The notes beneath the pieces were generated by a model. The model was given only the letters and a program-made list of their open reading frames with translations. It did not search any database and had not been told where the DNA came from. Below, piece after piece: positions 8,163 to 16,659 of a stretch of DNA of 18,218 nt. The stretch comes from Candidatus Sulfobium sp. (GTDB lineage: Bacteria > Nitrospirota > Thermodesulfovibrionia > Thermodesulfovibrionales > UBA6898), in contig JARRRI010000010.1 in the NCBI GenBank assembly GCA_037380845.1, positions 20,577 through 38,794 on the forward strand, given 5' to 3'. The translations under genes and the position numbers were made by a program. The stretch's first letter is position 1; the number at the start of each line of letters is the position of its first letter.

Positions 8163-9357
8163 GAAAGAGACCTTCACTTCGTGCCTTTCCAGCGGGCAGC
8201 TCATCGAACTGGACGCATGCACCAGATGCGGGGAATGTCTCAAGTACTGTCCGGTTCAGGAAGTGACGGGCAGACTTTCGATCTCGCCGCCCGAGAAGAT
8301 CCGCATCTTCAGAGAATTTATAAGAGCAACTGATGGCCTCAAGGCGAGGCTCTTCGGACCCGGTGAAATCGATAGGAAATTGCTCGAAGAATTCACCAGG
8401 GCCGTATTCGAATGCACCACCTGCGGAGCCTGCGGACAGCATTGCACGGTCGGGATCTTTACCCAGCGGCTCTGGCCGATGTTGAGAAAGGAGATGGTGA
8501 GGCGCGGTATCGGACCAATCGGCGGCCAGGCAAAGATACCGGAGGTGATAAGAAATACCGGTAATCCTTATGACAAGCCCGCGGCGGAACGGTTTTCACC
8601 ATGGCTTCCCGAGAATACCAGAATCGCAGAAAAAGCGGACATAGCCTATTACGCAGGATGCACGGGAGCCTACTCCGCCCAACCGATGGTCAGGGGAGAT
8701 GTCCTGGTCCTGAACGCAATCGGAGACCGCTTCACCATGCTTCCTCCGGAAGAGGAGGTCTGCTGTGGTTTTCCGCTCTTCATAACAGGACAGCATGATA
8801 TGCTCGAGGATTTGACGAAAAGACTTGTTAACGCCTATAAAGCCAAAGGTGTGAAGGTGCTTCTCTGCTCCTGTCCCTGTTGTGTGAATATGATGTCCCG
8901 CGACTGGCCCCTTTTTTACGGGGGGGACCTGCCTTTCAAGATAAGGCATATAACACAATTCGTTGTGGAGGCGCTCAAGGACAGAAGGTTGACTATCAAA
9001 AAAGGGTTGAAGGAAAGGCTGATCTACCATGATCCCTGTTACTTGAGCAGAGGGGTGGGTATTATAGATGAGCCAAGGACAGTACTAAGAAGCATTCCCG
9101 GCATCGAACTCCTGGAATTCGAACATCACGGTCTCGAATCGCGCTGCTGCGGCGCCGGAGGGGCGGCCCGTAAGGTCTTTGCAGAAAACGCAAATGCAAT
9201 GGGCAGGCTCACCATTGATGAGGCAGTGGAAAAGAAAGCCGACAGACTCATCTTCAGTTGTCCCGCCTGTTACGCGCAGGTCAACGAGGCAATGGTTGGT
9301 TATGAGAAACAGATAACGATAACGGACATTATGGAGTTACTGGGAGGTCTCCTGTGA
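8155..9357 (+). CDS. HdrD/GlpC-like Fe-S oxidoreductase (two 4Fe-4S motifs and two CCG domains)
   Basis: CTRCGECLKYCP and CTTCGACGQHC; CCG domains YYAGC...VCCG...SCPCC and YHDPCY...RCCG...SCPAC. Confidence 0.9.
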   Translation: MSEKETFTSCLSSGQLIELDACTRCGECLKYCPVQEVTGRLSISPPEKIRIFREFIRATDGLKARLFGPGEIDRKLLEEFTRAVFECTTCGACGQHCTVGIFTQRLWPMLRKEMVRRGIGPIGGQAKIPEVIRNTGNPYDKPAAERFSPWLPENTRIAEKADIAYYAGCTGAYSAQPMVRGDVLVLNAIGDRFTMLPPEEEVCCGFPLFITGQHDMLEDLTKRLVNAYKAKGVKVLLCSCPCCVNMMSRDWPLFYGGDLPFKIRHITQFVVEALKDRRLTIKKGLKERLIYHDPCYLSRGVGIIDEPRTVLRSIPGIELLEFEHHGLESRCCGAGGAARKVFAENANAMGRLTIDEAVEKKADRLIFSCPACYAQVNEAMVGYEKQITITDIMELLGGLL

Positions 9358-9390
9358 CAGGCCCTTCGACGTCATTACAAGAACTCTTGT

Positions 9391-10050
9391 CTACTTGCGG
9401 GCGTGGGCACTCAGGTATGCAATTATCTCCTTCTCTTCCCCATCTGTAATCACTCTTTTACCCATCGCTTGCATATTGGAACGCATTCGCTCCACGACTT
9501 TCGGCCACTCCACGGAAGTGTGGAGTTTCGGGTCTGGAAGAGCATGACACAGCGAGCACACCTGCTTAAACAAGACGGCCACCTTTGACTCAGGCGCCGG
9601 CAGCGACTCCGGAGAGACTGATTTCAGGGAGTACGTTTTGAGATAGGCCACTATAATCTGCCGTTCCTCCGGGGATGGACTCTCGATGCCCATCATGCCC
9701 GACATCATCCTCATGCGGTTAAACATCCTGACGACAACATGAGGCCACTCTTCAGCGGTATGCATACGGGGACTCGGGAGGTAATGACACTGGCTGCAAT
9801 AGCGCGTTAACAGCTGGGCTCCCTTGCTGTCCGGATCGGGAAGGTCGCCCGGTTTAACTCCCGGCGGGAGCATGCCGGGCATCATTCTCTGCATCATCCC
9901 GCCCATCTGAGCCCTGTTCATCAAGCCGCGCCCCATCATACCACCAGTCATCATGACGGGATAGCTTCCCATCCACGTTGTCGTAAAAAGGCCCAGCAGT
10001 CCGACGGCGGTCAGGGCCAGGGCGGTTATGAGCAGACGGCTATCTCTCAT
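9391..10050 (-). CDS. Membrane-anchored or periplasmic diheme cytochrome c with a Met-rich linker
   Basis: Two CxxCH motifs (CSQCH, CSLCH) in tandem homologous domains; N-terminal hydrophobic segment. Confidence 0.85.
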   Translation of the reverse strand: MRDSRLLITALALTAVGLLGLFTTTWMGSYPVMMTGGMMGRGLMNRAQMGGMMQRMMPGMLPPGVKPGDLPDPDSKGAQLLTRYCSQCHYLPSPRMHTAEEWPHVVVRMFNRMRMMSGMMGIESPSPEERQIIVAYLKTYSLKSVSPESLPAPESKVAVLFKQVCSLCHALPDPKLHTSVEWPKVVERMRSNMQAMGKRVITDGEEKEIIAYLSAHARK

Positions 10051-10059
10051 TAAAAAACC

Positions 10060-10284
10060 CTACGAGAGGTCTTTCTTCATCCTTTCAAACTCTTCCTTCG
10101 AAATCTCCCCCCGGGCATATCGCTCCTTCAAAATATCCAAGGCAGTTTTTTCGTCACGCCGTCCCGAGGATCCGCCGGACTGTCTCACAACCCAGACTAT
10201 CAGCAGAATAATCCCGATAATTATGACTACCCAAAAAAGGAAGTGAAAAAACCACATCTCTCCGCCGTATGGGGCGTACATCAT
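10060..10284 (-). CDS. SHOCT-domain membrane protein
   Basis: One TM helix plus [30 protein letters not shown] at 10284 with AAAGGA RBS. Confidence 0.85.
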   Translation of the reverse strand: MMYAPYGGEMWFFHFLFWVVIIIGIILLIVWVVRQSGGSSGRRDEKTALDILKERYARGEISKEEFERMKKDLS

Positions 10285-10439
10285 AGGCTGGTTCCTTTCC
10301 ACAGTTTCATCTCATTTATGCGACCTTGCCCCGTTTCTTAAAGCTTATCATATCTGAAGGAAAAGGTTGGCAGGCAAAGAGGGATAAAGGCTCTGCGGTT
10401 TCTTTTGTCGATAGTCCTGTACGCTACGAATAATCCAGG

Positions 10440-11690
10440 CTAAAACTCGTATCGAACCTGTACATACGTGTTGTCATCCCTTGAAAACTGTCCAAAATCG
10501 CCGGCCGGCGTTCCCCCTCCGAAGACATTTGCGCCGACTGCGGCCCAGACGTGATCGGTGAAACTGTACCTGACCTCCGGATTCAGGAAGTACTCGCCCA
10601 CAGCAGGGCTGTAGAAGCCAAAAAAAGATAACTTAAGAGTCTGCTGCTTCAGAAGTTGAGTCAGCCTCAAAGAAGTCAGATCATAGTACCTCGGCCGCCC
10701 CGGAAATCCGGCCGGGAGGCTTCTCTCATAGGCCGGATGGTCGTGCATGTACTCGCCGTAATATTGCACTCCAACCGTAAAATCTTCCCACAGCTGCCTT
10801 TGGTATCCGACCAGAAACCTTGTCTGTGAATTCGGGATCATGGGGTTTGTGCCCTTTCTGTCCTGTCGTGAATCATAATAGCCCGCTTCAAGACTCAGAA
10901 CGCCGTCCAGCGCGCTCCTCTGCAGACTTGCGCCGTATACGGAGAGTTTTGGATAGAACTGGGTGAGCTTCCCGGGCATAACCGGATCATCCGGCATCAT
11001 GGACGGCTGTCTGAAAAAACCGCGATAGAAATAGACCGAAGCGTCGAATCCGGCTATGTTCCTGTATGCCCTTATGGCAACTTCCGTATCTCCGAGAGTA
11101 ACGGCCGGCTCCACCTTTCCCCTGTCGGTTACGCCCGGCATCGGATCGAAGACGTGGAACCTCCCCGGGGAGGGGTAAACGTTGCGGGTAAAGAAAGGAA
11201 TGATAACTACCTCGAAAGAAGCGAAGTCCGGATAAATACCGATCTTCGCCCCGTCGACGCCCTTCTTCAGATACCCAAGCGGCCTGCCGGAAAAAAAGGC
11301 ATCGTAATCCTTCGGAAATACGTCGTTGATGAATATCAGGTCGCCGACCCCCCACGTGATGATCTGCCTGCCGGCCCTTGCATCCCAACTGGCGGCAGTA
11401 TAATCGATATAGCCTTCTCTCAGATCCGAGTCCCATACCTGGTCAATGTGATCGTACCATCCTTCGGCCTTGATAAAAAGATGAACCGGACCTTCCGACG
11501 CATCGAGCTTCAGCTGCAGTCTTTCCTCCGCGAGTTTGAAGTCTCCGCCGTCGGGATTGGGATTATTCGATATATCGGCCGAATAGTTGCCCTGAAGGAA
11601 CCCATGGAGCGAGACTTCGGCTGCAGGGGCAGGAGGGACGAGAAGCAATATGACTGCAGCGGCGATGACGATCCTCTTCATTTGATCCAT
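10440..11690 (-). CDS. Putative outer-membrane beta-barrel protein (DUF1302-like)
   Basis: Signal peptide, LREGYID and RAGRQIITWGVGD motifs, C-terminal YVQVRYEF; third gene of an MMPL/LolA-like/OMP triad. Confidence 0.7.
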   Translation of the reverse strand: MDQMKRIVIAAAVILLLVPPAPAAEVSLHGFLQGNYSADISNNPNPDGGDFKLAEERLQLKLDASEGPVHLFIKAEGWYDHIDQVWDSDLREGYIDYTAASWDARAGRQIITWGVGDLIFINDVFPKDYDAFFSGRPLGYLKKGVDGAKIGIYPDFASFEVVIIPFFTRNVYPSPGRFHVFDPMPGVTDRGKVEPAVTLGDTEVAIRAYRNIAGFDASVYFYRGFFRQPSMMPDDPVMPGKLTQFYPKLSVYGASLQRSALDGVLSLEAGYYDSRQDRKGTNPMIPNSQTRFLVGYQRQLWEDFTVGVQYYGEYMHDHPAYERSLPAGFPGRPRYYDLTSLRLTQLLKQQTLKLSFFGFYSPAVGEYFLNPEVRYSFTDHVWAAVGANVFGGGTPAGDFGQFSRDDNTYVQVRYEF

Positions 11691-12469
11691 CTTCTGGGCG
11701 GCTGCTTCAGATAGCGCTCGGAAAAAAGACTGTCGCTTATCCCGACGTTATAATCCGCATCGAGATAAGTTACCTGAGTCATATGGTGACTTTTAAGATT
11801 CTTCATGGTCCGCTTCATGACAGTCGGAACCCCCTTCACGTCTTTCACTTCATCCGCCGTGAAGATCTTGTAGAGGTCACCCCGCTGGTCGTAGTATTCC
11901 TCTTTGAGGGGCAAAAAGTCGGCCTTGTCTATCCATAGAAGCCTGTAACTGTATTGCATGTCCCCCGCCCTCGGAGTGCTCTTTATGACATAGCAGTCCT
12001 TCGCCTTGTATTTCTCTTCTTTCACCATCTTGTGAGTGTCTTCTGCCAGGTCTCTCCCGGAGACGTCTTCGTAAGTAAAATCAGACCCTACAAAGCTCGA
12101 ATACTTGTCTCTGGCGGCTATCCTTCTCACCATATTGAGAGCGGGTACGAAGAGCCACCTGTCGGCGTCCCTGCCCGGATGTTTGTAAACCATAAAGGTC
12201 ATACCCCTTACGTCCGCCGGCCGGAAAAAGTAGATGAAATACTTCTGCTCGCCGCCGGGCGGTCCGAAGTTCTTTCTGATCATGGTCATTTCTCTCACCC
12301 TCTCCTGTCCGCCTTCGCTGATTAGCTTCATCAGGACCCGGGCCTTGAAGTCCTTACCGGGATAGAGAAAAGCGGCCTGATATTTCTCCATGACTTCATT
12401 CGCAGTCATAGCAAAGACGCTCTGCGACAACAACAAAACAACGGCGATACCAACAATCAGTTTCCTCAC
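11678..12469 (-). CDS. Outer-membrane lipoprotein-sorting (LolA-like) protein
   Basis: Signal peptide; FRPADVRGMTF, WLFVPAL..VRRI, SFVGSDFTYED, LWIDK motifs; GTG start overlapping the upstream stop. Confidence 0.85.
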   Translation of the reverse strand: MRKLIVGIAVVLLLSQSVFAMTANEVMEKYQAAFLYPGKDFKARVLMKLISEGGQERVREMTMIRKNFGPPGGEQKYFIYFFRPADVRGMTFMVYKHPGRDADRWLFVPALNMVRRIAARDKYSSFVGSDFTYEDVSGRDLAEDTHKMVKEEKYKAKDCYVIKSTPRAGDMQYSYRLLWIDKADFLPLKEEYYDQRGDLYKIFTADEVKDVKGVPTVMKRTMKNLKSHHMTQVTYLDADYNVGISDSLFSERYLKQPPRRWIK

Positions 12470-14695
12470 TTCAAGCCTCCTTTAAAAAGCTGGCCCTGAA
12501 AAAGTGTCACAAGGGCCGGCAGGTAAATAAGCGTCATAACGGCGCTAAGAATCATCATGCTCACAATAAACGCCCCGACCGTTATATAGGGCGTAAGAGG
12601 TGCAAAAATCATCACCGCGAATGACGCCGCAAAGAGAATGGCGTTCCGCATGATTCCCTTTCCGGGCCTTCCTGCCGTCCAGAGGAGAGCATCCGTCAGC
12701 GATTCTCCGGGCGTCTCCCTAAGGCGTTGCCTGAGACGGCTCACAAAATGGATGGCGAAGTCCACGGCCATACCCAGAGAAAGGGTGGAAAGGACAGAGA
12801 TGGGCATATCGAAATCCTTTCCGCTGAATCCTATGACCCCGTAAAGAAGAAGTATCGTAAATAGAAGCGGCGTATATCCCACAATTGCCCACTTGACGGA
12901 ACGGAAATCGAAAGCGAGTATGGCGAATACCACGATTAGCGCGAGGATAAATCCCTTGACCATGTCCCACAGGACATCGTTATTCCATACCAGGTTGAAG
13001 TATGCCTTTCCGGCCGGCTTCAACTCAAACAGAGAGGGATGCGCCTTCTCATACCGGTTTATGGCATTTATCACCTCTTTCAAGATCCGCCGGTTTTGCT
13101 GACATACTGAAAAGGAAGAGGTACTGACCGATCGCCTTCCCTGAGTCGGGAATTGAGTCGTATTCAGGGTCATCATCGTGCAGCACAAGGTTTATTCTCT
13201 TCAGGTAGTCGACCACAGAGGTCGTCTTTCCCACCATCGGCAGCCTTTCGAGGCTCCTCTGGAGTCCTTCTATATAATGCATGGCTTCAGGAGTTTTTAT
13301 ATAACCGTCTTTTGGCGCGGTCGCGACCACGTAACCGAGAGAGGTGCCTCCGAGGTTTTTATTTATCACGGAATCTGCAACGCGGATGTCGCTCCCCTTC
13401 TTGAACCAGTCTACAAGGTTATTGTTCACAGTTATTCTTGTCAGGCCGATGACCGCGACTACAAAGAGGACAAGCCCCACTAAAACGGTCTTCCCCGGGT
13501 GATGCGCTCCGAATCCGGCGAGTTTCTTCAGATACCCGGAGGTCTTACCGGTATCGCTGACTTCGGTCCGGGCTATCTTTTCGAGCTTCTCGTCTTTGAC
13601 AAAGGTGAACATTGCCGGTATAAAGCTGAAGCTGAGCAGCCTCAGGGAGATCGTACCGAAGGCAACAAGGCCGCCGAAGACCCTGACAGGAACGATGTTC
13701 ATGAACAAAAGCACGGCAAAACCCGCCGCCGTCGCCAGGGCGGTGTTGCGGACGGGTCGGCTCACGGCGCTCATCGTCTCGATTATCGCTGTCTTCTTGT
13801 TTCTCTTTTCCCTGTAGCGGAAGTAGAACTCATTGAAGATGTGCATGCTGTCCGTTGCGATCGCCATAAGAAAAACGGGCGCCATAGAGCTCATTATATG
13901 AATGGGAAAGCCGAGCCCGATGAGAAGCCCCATCGACCAGATGATACTCATCATTGCGTCCATCATCAGGGTGATTGACAGGAAGAGGTCGTGAAACATC
14001 AGATATCTGACGATCAGCATGACCATGCCAGCAATCGGCGCATATATCGCCATGAGCTTGAACATCTCGGCGCCGAAGGTATCGCGGGCGACGGGATCGC
14101 CGGCAATGTAGTACTTTTCGTCCCCCTTCTCCTTTCTTACGATCCCGCGTATCCTGTCTGCCACCTCCTTGCCGTTTGCCCCTTTCTCAAGCGGGACATA
14201 AATGGCGGCGGTCTTGCCGTCCTTCGAGATGGTGCGATTGATAAAAAGAGGGTTGTCGAAAAGCATCTCTTTTAAGGAGCCGAGGTCCTCTTCCTTTTCC
14301 GGCACGGTTGTCATGAGAGGGGCGACATTCAATGCCCCTTTATCCACGGTGACGTTATCGATAGTGGTAAAGCTCGACACGTCCCTGGCGGCGACTCCTT
14401 TGATCCGTAGTATCCCATCCGTTATATCTTTGATCCTGGCGAGGGTGTCACTGTTGACAATGCCCTTTTCGTTCACGACGCCGACGACTATCATGTCCTT
14501 GTAAAGGCTGAAGTCCTTGTCCACCCTGTCATTCCAGACCCTTACCGCGGATGTTGCAGGTAGCATGTTCTTGGGGTCGGTGTCGGTCCTCATCTTCGGG
14601 AACTGCGTCATGAAGGCAAGGGTTACTATTATGCAAAGCAGTACGACCAGCTTCGGATGCTCTACCGAAAACTCAACAAGAGAAAACTTACGCAT
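12466..14695 (-). pseudogene. MMPL/RND-family transporter, frameshifted near 13080
   Basis: N-terminal part 14695-13081 and C-terminal part 13080-12466 (LGMAVDFAIHF) lie in different frames and join at PADL|KEVINA; ATG 14695 has a GGGAGG RBS. Confidence 0.8.
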
Positions 14696-14742
14696 CAGAC
14701 CTCCCATATGTGCATCAAATTCATTTTAATGCCGATATGAAT

Positions 14743-15000
14743 TCAGACCACGTCTCTTCTCACAATCGCGATGCCCTCAAGCAGGCTTGCCAGAGCATCC
14801 TGCATAAGGCTGCACGCCCTCGTGATCTTCCCGTTGGCGATACCGTATCATGTGTTTTTGCCGTTTCTTCTCCCCTCCAGGATCCCCATCATGCGCATCA
14901 AAGACAGGTGCTGGGACACGTTTGCTTTCGAGGTCCTCTTAAGTTCAAAAGCAGCGGTCAGGCCGCCGAACGAGCCGCCTAATACAACTATCCTGGCCAT
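14743..15000 (-). pseudogene. Chimeric remnant: sulfide:quinone oxidoreductase-like N-terminus fused to an ArsR-family C-terminal half, with an internal TGA
   Basis: Manual translation MARIVVLGGSFGGLTAAFELKR|TSKANVSQHLSLMRMMGILEGRRNGKNT*YGIANGKITRACSLMQDAL...; strong RBS AAGGGGGAG. Confidence 0.75.
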
Positions 15001-15095
15001 GTCGTCTCCCCCTTGTGAGCCATCAGCTTTCAGCCTTTCAGCTCTAAGTGAAAACCTCTGCTTGTTGCTTGCCGGTTACCGGAAACCAATGGTTT

Positions 15096-15383
15096 TTAAA
15101 ACATACCGAGCACCTTGTCGGATTCAGCTATCAAGTCGACAAGACCGCTGTAATCGATGTCCCTGACGTCATCATTCATGGCAGTTGCCCTCAGTCCTCT
15201 TAACCTCCTGTCGTCTTCGAGGACGTAGGCCTTGCCCAAAAAACCGAGGTCTTTAAGATCTCCCCCTTTGAGAAAATAAGCGGCATTTTGCAGAAGAACT
15301 ATATCGGCCGACGTATCACGGGCAATCTTTGCTCCTCTTTTGCCTTCCGGCGTGTCCGGCGCGCTTTTTATCATCACTATCAT
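15096..15383 (-). CDS. DsrH/TusB-family sulfur relay protein
   Basis: IVLLQNAAY, YVLEDDRRLRGL, IDYSGLVDL motifs; third gene of the DsrE-F-H-like triad. Confidence 0.8.
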   Translation of the reverse strand: MIVMIKSAPDTPEGKRGAKIARDTSADIVLLQNAAYFLKGGDLKDLGFLGKAYVLEDDRRLRGLRATAMNDDVRDIDYSGLVDLIAESDKVLGMF

Positions 15384-15404
15384 CAGGGTCCTCCATTAAA
15401 TTTG

Positions 15405-15758
15405 CTAAAAGATCATCGAGGCATCAGCCTGTTTGAGGACAGCCGCTATCTGCGATTCATCCACCACCTTCACGCCCTCCAGGATGTCCTCTTCCTTCAA
15501 GCCCTGTTCCATGACGGACACATTATCCGCAAGAACCTCTATGCCCATTTCAACACAGTCTCTTAAAGTGTCTGCAAGGTCGGTGAAGCCCGTATCCGAG
15601 GCATCCTGTCCCTGTCTTGCAAGCTCGACCCCTCCATCAACAAGAATGAGCGTAGGCGATATATTCCCTGAGACGGCCCCCACGGCGTGTCTCACTGCCT
15701 CCGCGGCATTGGTGTCGCCGTAGGGCGGCTTCCTGAGTATCATCGCGATTTTTTCCAT
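15405..15758 (-). CDS. DsrF/TusC-like (DsrE superfamily) protein
   Basis: ILRKPPYG...AEAVR, LILVDGGV motifs; lacks the catalytic Cys, as expected for DsrF/TusC; GGAGG RBS. Confidence 0.8.
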   Translation of the reverse strand: MEKIAMILRKPPYGDTNAAEAVRHAVGAVSGNISPTLILVDGGVELARQGQDASDTGFTDLADTLRDCVEMGIEVLADNVSVMEQGLKEEDILEGVKVVDESQIAAVLKQADASMIF

Positions 15759-15767
15759 GATCTCCTC

Positions 15768-16124
15768 CTATGCTCCGACATTGAGCCAGATGTCGCTTTC
15801 GCCCATGGTCTTAAACAACACTTTGAGCGAGCCCATCTCTGTACCGTCCATGTAGTCTTCTTGCGCCGCACGGCGAAAGTTCAGGCAGCCCCCTCAAAGA
15901 TAGACCTTCAAGCCCTTCTGAATAAGTCTTGAGAATTCCTTCTCAGCGTTCGTAATCCCTTTTGCTTTCTGTTCTTTCAGAAAGCAATAGATTCCGTCGG
16001 CCGAAGCGATCACGTTGACGGCGTGTCCCTTGCCAAGGGCGGCGTCGGCAATCCTGATCGTCGAGAAGGTATTTTCGCAGGAATACGGCGAGGTAGACAG
16101 AAACAGTGTGATGTTTTTTCCCAT
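15768..16124 (-). CDS. DsrE/TusD-like sulfurtransferase, probable selenoprotein (UGA = Sec at codon 77, UxxC motif), 118 aa
   Basis: TSPYS...ADGIY DsrE motifs; TGA at 15894-15896 sits at the catalytic Cys position; the frame continues GGCLNFRRAAQEDYMDGTEMGSLKVLFKTMGESDIWLNVGA to a TAG abutting the next RBS. Confidence 0.8.
15858..15893 (-). promoter_or_regulatory. Putative bacterial SECIS element
   Basis: mRNA after UGA reads GGGGGCUGCCUGAA-CUU-U-CGCC-GUGC-GGCG-C-AAG; the apical loop starts with GU, 22 nt downstream of UGA. Confidence 0.6.
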
Positions 16125-16141
16125 GATTTCCTCCTTTGCTC

Positions 16142-16484
16142 TTAATTCTTCCTTTCACCCGGATATTTCCCCTTCCTTGTCACAGGACAACAGGCCTGGG
16201 CCGGCAGATCGTATTCATATTTCTTTCCGAGCAACTCCAAGCAGATCCGGGATGAAAGGCTCTTTGAGAAAATAACAACGGAGTTTCCCGTCAATATAGA
16301 AATCAATCAAATCATGATTCCGAAGCAGAGGGAGATGCTGCGAAATGCTGGACTGCCGGATTTCGGAGAACCCTTCCAGATCGCTGACGCACTTTACCCC
16401 TTTTCCGAACTCTTCGAGGATCTGTCTTCTCACCGGATGAGCAATGCCTCTCAGTACTTCCAATTTCTCTTCGCGGCTGATCAT
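16142..16484 (-). CDS. ArsR/SmtB-family regulator with a probable 1-nt frameshift near 16240 (the uninterrupted frame stops at 16215)
   Basis: AHPVRRQIL, CVSDL, QSSISQHL HTH motifs; the shifted frame continues LELLGKKYEYDLPAQACCPVTRKGKYPGERKN to a TAA just upstream of the dsrE-like RBS. Confidence 0.75.
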
Positions 16485-16502
16485 CGGGGCCTTCTATTCA
16501 CA

Positions 16503-16549
16503 TATTCAGAGGTTTGAATAGTATTACAGTCCTTGAATATATTTGTCAA
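16503..16549 (-). promoter_or_regulatory. Promoter of the ArsR operon with tandem ArsR-type operator palindromes
   Basis: Minus strand TTGACA at 16544-16549; TATTCA-N6-TGAATA (16503-16520) and TATTAC-N6-TGAATA (16522-16539). Confidence 0.65.
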
Positions 16550-16639
16550 GGATTTTTTTGTAATCAAGTGCAAAAAATAACGCCCCTTTCTTCCACGAAT
16601 TTCCGAGAGGGCTCTGACGCTGCAAAAAAAGGAGTGGAT

Positions 16640-16659
16640 CCTTCCTGCCGGCAGGCAGG
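16640..16659. repeat. 20-nt near-perfect palindrome (REP-like)
   Basis: CCTTCCTGCCGGCAGGCAGG, one mismatch from the perfect palindrome CCTGCCTGCCGGCAGGCAGG. Confidence 0.55.

Noticed and set aside
14848..14850. In-frame TGA in the ArsR half of the chimera as a second selenocysteine
   Set aside because: The position corresponds to the hydrophobic or aromatic wing residue before Tyr, not a conserved Cys, and the gene is already a fragment; a nonsense mutation is more likely
15017..15042. TCAGC repeated three times at 7-8 nt spacing
   Set aside because: Too short and lacks a matching inverted arm; at most a relic of a simple intergenic repeat
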